Part shown: piece by piece, positions 30,001 to 36,000 of the stretch
How the letters are laid out: every line of letters begins with the position of its first letter
Position numbering within the stretch: the first letter of the stretch is position 1
DNA from: Alphaproteobacteria bacterium
GTDB lineage: Bacteria > Pseudomonadota > Alphaproteobacteria > CBCXTS01
Length of the DNA: 64,000 bases
Assembly (NCBI GenBank): GCA_965178085.1
Contig: CBCXTS010000005.1
Span: 27,811 to 91,810 of the forward strand
Reading direction: 5' to 3'
Notes under the pieces: model-generated
Databases searched by the model: none
Told to the model about the DNA's origin: nothing
Seen by the model: only the letters and a program-made list of their open reading frames with translations
Program-made: the position numbers and the translations under genes

Positions 30001-33000
30001 CGTAAAGCAGAAATAGAAAGCCCTATCGCTTGATCTTCAAACCCGCTAGCACTGATCACTCCAAACGAGGCCGTGTCAGCAATAGCCGATACTGTGACCG
30101 CAAGATCAGCGCTTGTTACAACCGAAGACGTGCCATCATCTTCTGAAGAAATAGCTGTAATTGAAAGCGTAAATTCTTGGTCTGAATGGGCAAGCGGAGT
30201 GATGGTTAACCCTGATAGTTGGTTAGTTTGTATTGTCCATGCACCTGATGATGAAACCGTACCCGCTGATAGCTTAGCACCTGTTGGTACATTACCTACA
30301 TATAGCACTAGCGTTTCACTACCATCTGTATCCAATATTGCAGATGATATTGTAATAGGAATGCCTGTATCTTCAAAACCACTAGCGGCTAGTCGCTGCA
30401 ATGCTGGAGTATCAGCTACACCCGATACCGTAACCGACAGCTCAGTTGTGGTGAAAACCGACGATGTACCGTCATCTTCAGAGGTGATAGTCGTAACCGA
30501 TAAGGTAAAGTCTCGATCTGAATGCAGAGGCGGTATGATTTGTAAACCAGCTAATTGACTTGGCTGTAATGTCCAAACACCAGTCGATGACAACGTTCCT
30601 GATGTCAATGTAGCGCCTGTGATCACACCTGCGATATAAACCACAATCGTCTCGCTACCATCTGTATCAATTAAAGGCGATGATATCCCAAGATTGATCG
30701 CTTGATCTTCAAAACCACTAGCACTGCTCACCCCAAGCGAGGCCGTATCGGCTATACCCGATACCGTCACTGCAATATCACTGGTGGTGAAAACCGATGA
30801 CGTGCCATCAGCTTCAGAGATGAACGCCGTAACCGACAAAGTAAATTCATTGTCCGAATGGACAAGTGGCGTAATTTGCAAGCCTGATAATTGACTGGTT
30901 TGCAGCGTCCAAATACCAGATGATGAGATCGTACCTGCTGATAGCTTTGCTCCCGTTGGAGCACCTGATATATAAACAACCAATGTCTCACTACCATCGC
31001 TATCAACAAAGGAGGTAGAAATTGTAAGACCTATCGCTTGATCTTCAACGGTAGATGCGTCGATTGTTTGCAGTGGCGCCGTATCGGCTATGCCCGATAC
31101 CGTAACTGCAAGATCACTGGTGGTGAAAATCGATGATGTACCGTCATCTTCAGAGGTCAAGGCCGTAACCGATAACGTAAAATCTTCATCTGAATGTATA
31201 AAGGGCGTAATTTGCAAACCTGATAATTGATTGGTTTGTAACGTCCAAATACCAGATGATGAGACCGTACCTGCTGATAGTTTGGCTCCCGTTGGAGCAC
31301 CTGATATATAAACAACCAACGTCTCACTACCATCACTATCAACAAATGAAGTAGAAATTGTAATACCTATCGCTTGATCTTCAACGGTCGATGTATCAGT
31401 TGTTTGCAGTGGCGCCGTATCGGCTATACCCGATACCCTAACTGCAAGATCACTGGTAGTAAATATCGATGATGTACCGTCATCTTCAGAGGTCAAGGCC
31501 GTAACCGATAATGTAAAATCTTGATCTGAATGCAATGGTGGCGTTACCTGCAAACCCGATAATTGATTGGATTGGATTGTCCAAACACCTGATGATGAAA
31601 CCGTACCCGCTGATAGCTTGGCACCCGTTGGAACGTTTGATATATAAACAACCAACGTCTCACTGCCATCGGTATCAATGCGTAAAGCAGAAATAGAAAG
31701 CCCTATCGCTTGATCTTCAAACCCGCTAGCACTGATCACTCCAAACGAGGCCGTGTCAGCAATAGCCGATACTGTGACCGCAAGATCAGCGCTTGTTACA
31801 ACCGAAGACGTGCCATCATCTTCTGAAGAAATAGCTGTAATTGAAAGCGTAAATTCTTGGTCTGAATGGGCAAGCGGAGTGATGGTTAACCCTGATAATT
31901 GGTTAGTTTGTATTGTCCATACACCTGATGATGAAACCGTACCCGCTGATAGCTTAGCACCTGTTGGTATATTGTCTACATATAGCACTAGCGTTTCACT
32001 ACCATCTGTATCCAATATTGCAGATGATATTGTAATAGGAATGCCTGTATCTTCAAAACCACTAGCGGCTAGTCGCTGCAATGCTGGAGTATCAGCTACA
32101 CCCGATACCGTAACCGACAGCTCAGTTGTGGTGAAAACCGACGATGTACCGTCATCTTCAGAGGTGATAGTCGTAACCGATAAGGTAAAGTCTCGATCTG
32201 AATGCAGAGGCGGTATGATTTGTAAACCAGCTAATTGACTTGGCTGTAATGTCCAAACACCAGTCGATGACAACGTTCCTGATGTCAATGTAGCGCCTGT
32301 GATCACACCTGTGATATAAACCACAATCGTCTCGCTACCATCTGTATCAATTAAAGGCGATGATATCCCAAGATTGATCGCTTGATCTTCAAAACCACTA
32401 GCACTGCTCACCCCAAACGATGCCGTATCGGCTATACCCGATACCGTCACTGCAAGATTACTAGTCGTGAAAATCGATGACGTGCCATCAGCTTCAGAGG
32501 TAAGTGCTGTAATCGATAATGTGAAATCTTGATCCGAATGAGCAGATGGTGTTACTTGCAAACCCGACAATTGACTGGTTTGCAGCGTCCATTGGCCAGA
32601 TGATGAGATCGTACCTGCTGATAGCTTAGCACCCGTTGGCACGCCCGATATATAAACCACTAACGTCTCACTACCATCGCTATCAACAAAGAAGGTAGAA
32701 ATTGTAATACCTATCGCTTGATCTTCAACGGTAGATGCGTCGATTGTTTGCAGTGAGGCCGTATCGGCTATACCCGATACCCTAACTGCAAGATCACTGG
32801 TAGTAAATATCGACGATGCACCGTCATTTTCAGAGGTAAGCGCCGTAACCGACAATGTAAATTCATTGTCTGAGTGCGCAGGTGGCGTAATTTGCAAACC
32901 TGATAATTGATTGGTTTGTAACGTCCAAATACCAGATGATGAGACCGTACCTGCTGATAGTTTGGCTCCCGTTGGAGCACCTGATATATAAACAACCAAT

Positions 33001-36000
33001 GTCTCAGAACCGTCAGTATCAATGAGCGTAGTCGATATAATAAGATCAACGCTTTTATCTTCTACTGTCGAGGTATTTTGCACCCGCAGAACAGGAACAT
33101 CTGCCTCACCATACAATGTAACAACAAGATCTACTCTGCTTGCTAAAGAAGAAACACCGTCTCTTTCGGATGTTGTTGTGATAACAGTAAGGGTAAAATC
33201 TTCATTCGAATGAACAGGTGGAATCAAGTTTAATCCAGCAAGTTCACCCTTGCTTAAAGTCCATAATCCACCCGAAACTGTACCAGCAGTCAAACTAGCA
33301 CGCGGTGGTACGTTACTAATATAAATAATTGCAGTCTCACTGCCGTCTGTATCAACAATAGTTGCAACAATATCAAGAGAAACAACGCTATCTTCTAAAC
33401 CACTGATGTTTGAAAAGCTAAGCTGTGCTGTATCTGCTACCCCAACAACTTTAACGCTAATATCAGCCGTCGTAAAAACCGAAGAATTTGTATCATTTTC
33501 TGATGTAATAGCAGTAACCGATAAGGTAAAGTCTTGATCCGAATGAACAGGCGGTATTACTGCTAACCCTGAAACCAGTCCACCAGAAACAGTCCACACA
33601 GAAGAATGTAAAACCCCTGCAGAAAGCTTTGCACCTGCTGGTACATTTGAAACATAAACCACTAATGTTTCCGATGCATCCGTATCAACCAGAACAACTG
33701 AAAGACCAAGCGTAATTATAGTATCTTCCAAACCACACGTATCTTGCACTACAAGACTTACCGTATCTGCAACTCCTGTTAAATTAATGGTTATCATATT
33801 GGTTGTGATGACGCTACCAATTGCTTGATCTTCTGAGGTAACAGCTGTAACAGAAAGTGTAAAATCATATGCAGAATGTGCTGGTGCTTTCAGTTCTAGC
33901 CCTGAAAGTTCTGCCAATGAAACCGTCCATACATTATTGGCTAACGTTCCTGAAGACAAAAAAGAGTCTGTTGGAACGTTTGCAATGTAAAGTATTAACG
34001 TTTCAGAACCATCGGTGTCTTGCAATCCCAAAAAGGAGCTTAATATAATAGCATGATCTTCTGTTCCAGGGATCGCAGAAGTTAAAATATCACCAGCATC
34101 AATAACTGGCGCAATGGTAATATTTGATTGCGTTTTGCTAAGAACTTCATGCTCTCCATCTTTGATTACAACCAACGCTGTAATAGCAAAATTTCCTGAA
34201 TAATGCGCTGGAGGTGTGACAATTAAATCATTGCCAAATATCCTATATTCATTCAAATTTAACATCCAACGACCATTGGATTGTAGCGTTCCATGGTTCA
34301 AACGGGCTTGAGTTGGAAGAATAAACTCTACCTGGTGCAAACTATCGCCTGAACCTATAATGCCTACAGATAATTTTAATGAAAACCCTACATCTTCTGT
34401 GAGCATAGGATCCACAGTAATTGAAAGTGTTGGGATAGTAGCTAAAGAAGTAGCAACTGGAAGATTCTTGGGAGCGCCCAAAACAATAGCATCTTGATCA
34501 AGTATTGAAATTTGTAAATTAAAATTACCTTGATCAATTGGAGATATCAGATTGAGATTATCAAGCTCTGTCGTTGACAGTGTATATCTGCCATCTGGTT
34601 GACGTGTGCCACTACTTAAGCTGCTTAGTGCTGGAACACCGCCAATGACAACGCTAGTGGCAGGAACATCTACCAATGCAACAGAGCGAAATAATGCAAG
34701 AGGAAATAAAGGAGCGGTTATTGGCTGAGAATCAGGCGCTGTTGGCTGTAACAGAACAGCTCCTGAAATTTCAATTTGTTCAATTTCTCCAATCGTAACA
34801 CCTAGGCTTGTAAATTCGTATCTACCTTGTGCATTCAAACGAGAAAGGACAGATGAATTAGTAACGCTTCCTTGTTGCAATTGCTGTTGTAATATCTGTA
34901 AATCAAAAACATCAGAGCGGACATTTAAATTGCTAGCCAAAAGATCATTAGGACTAATCTTAACAACCAAACGGTCAATTCCTGCACCACCTGAAGCTAG
35001 GTCCTGCTGAGAAGCAATAGTTCCCGTACCTTGACTGGCAACAAATAACGTGTCATCTCCAAACCCACCATAAAGCTTATCAGCACCGCCTTCACCATCA
35101 AGAGCATCATTGCCAAACTCTCCAAATATAATATCATCCCCATCGCCACCTGATATTTGATCACCACTACTTGCAAGCAACTCCACTGACACCGTTGAAT
35201 GCAAAACCTGCGGATTAGTGTCTCCAACAACACTCGTAACCGACAGTGTGAACTCAGGTGTGCCAGATGCAATACCCGTGATTCTTAAGCTACTGAGGTT
35301 TGCAATAATTTTATCTGTATAAGGAAATGAAAACTGGCCCGTGCCCTCAGGCGTTGGGTAAATAGCAAATCCATCTTGATCAAAAAGTTCAAGCGATTGC
35401 CCTGGTTGCAAACCGCTAATAATCATTCGATCAAGCGGACCATCGGGGATAGGAGACCCTTGATATTTCAATGGAACCAATGCAACAAAAATAGAAGAAC
35501 CCATTACCACTTGTGGCGGATTGCCATCAATAAAGCTTGCTCCATAATCACCAAACAAAACCTGATTAGCTGCTTCTCCTTGTATACGATCGCTACCTCC
35601 TCCTCCACTAAAGGTAGCGGCATTCGTCACAGAAGATACTGTGTTAATATTTTGCAAATCTACAACACTAGTGTTTGCGTTTAAAATTAATGAAAACCCA
35701 TTATCAATGGGTTGAGCCGTAGGAACTGGCGGCAAGGTAATCTCATCGCTAGACCCTGAAAAAGGATCAAAACTTGATGGAACTGAGGGCAAGCTTACAA
35801 TAGGCAGTAATGGCAAAGACGGCCCAATAGGAGTAACAGAACTGCTAGAGGTATCACTGGTTGGCAAAACATCATCAACCGATGATATTGTATCGCTTAA
35901 ACTCACAATATCGCTTTGCGAAGACGATAAAACATTATTAGAAACATTCGCTGTTTGGATGATGTTGAGAGCATTTCTTTGTTCTACTTCATCAACAACA

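Noticed and set aside
4519-33213. Dozens of 60-161-aa ORFs on both strands inside the repeat region (for example 4519..4752 +, 7004..7192 -, 28393..28878 +, 29087..29329 -) that recur with the repeat period
   Set aside because: They are alternative-frame or opposite-strand artefacts of the tandem repeat. The same nucleotides are covered by one continuous minus-strand frame encoding Ig-like domains, and the '+'-strand peptides are low-complexity mirror translations.
4400-34020. Highly regular repeats that could be mistaken for a CRISPR array or satellite DNA
   Set aside because: The unit is 336 bp with no short repeat/spacer alternation, and it is in-frame protein-coding throughout.
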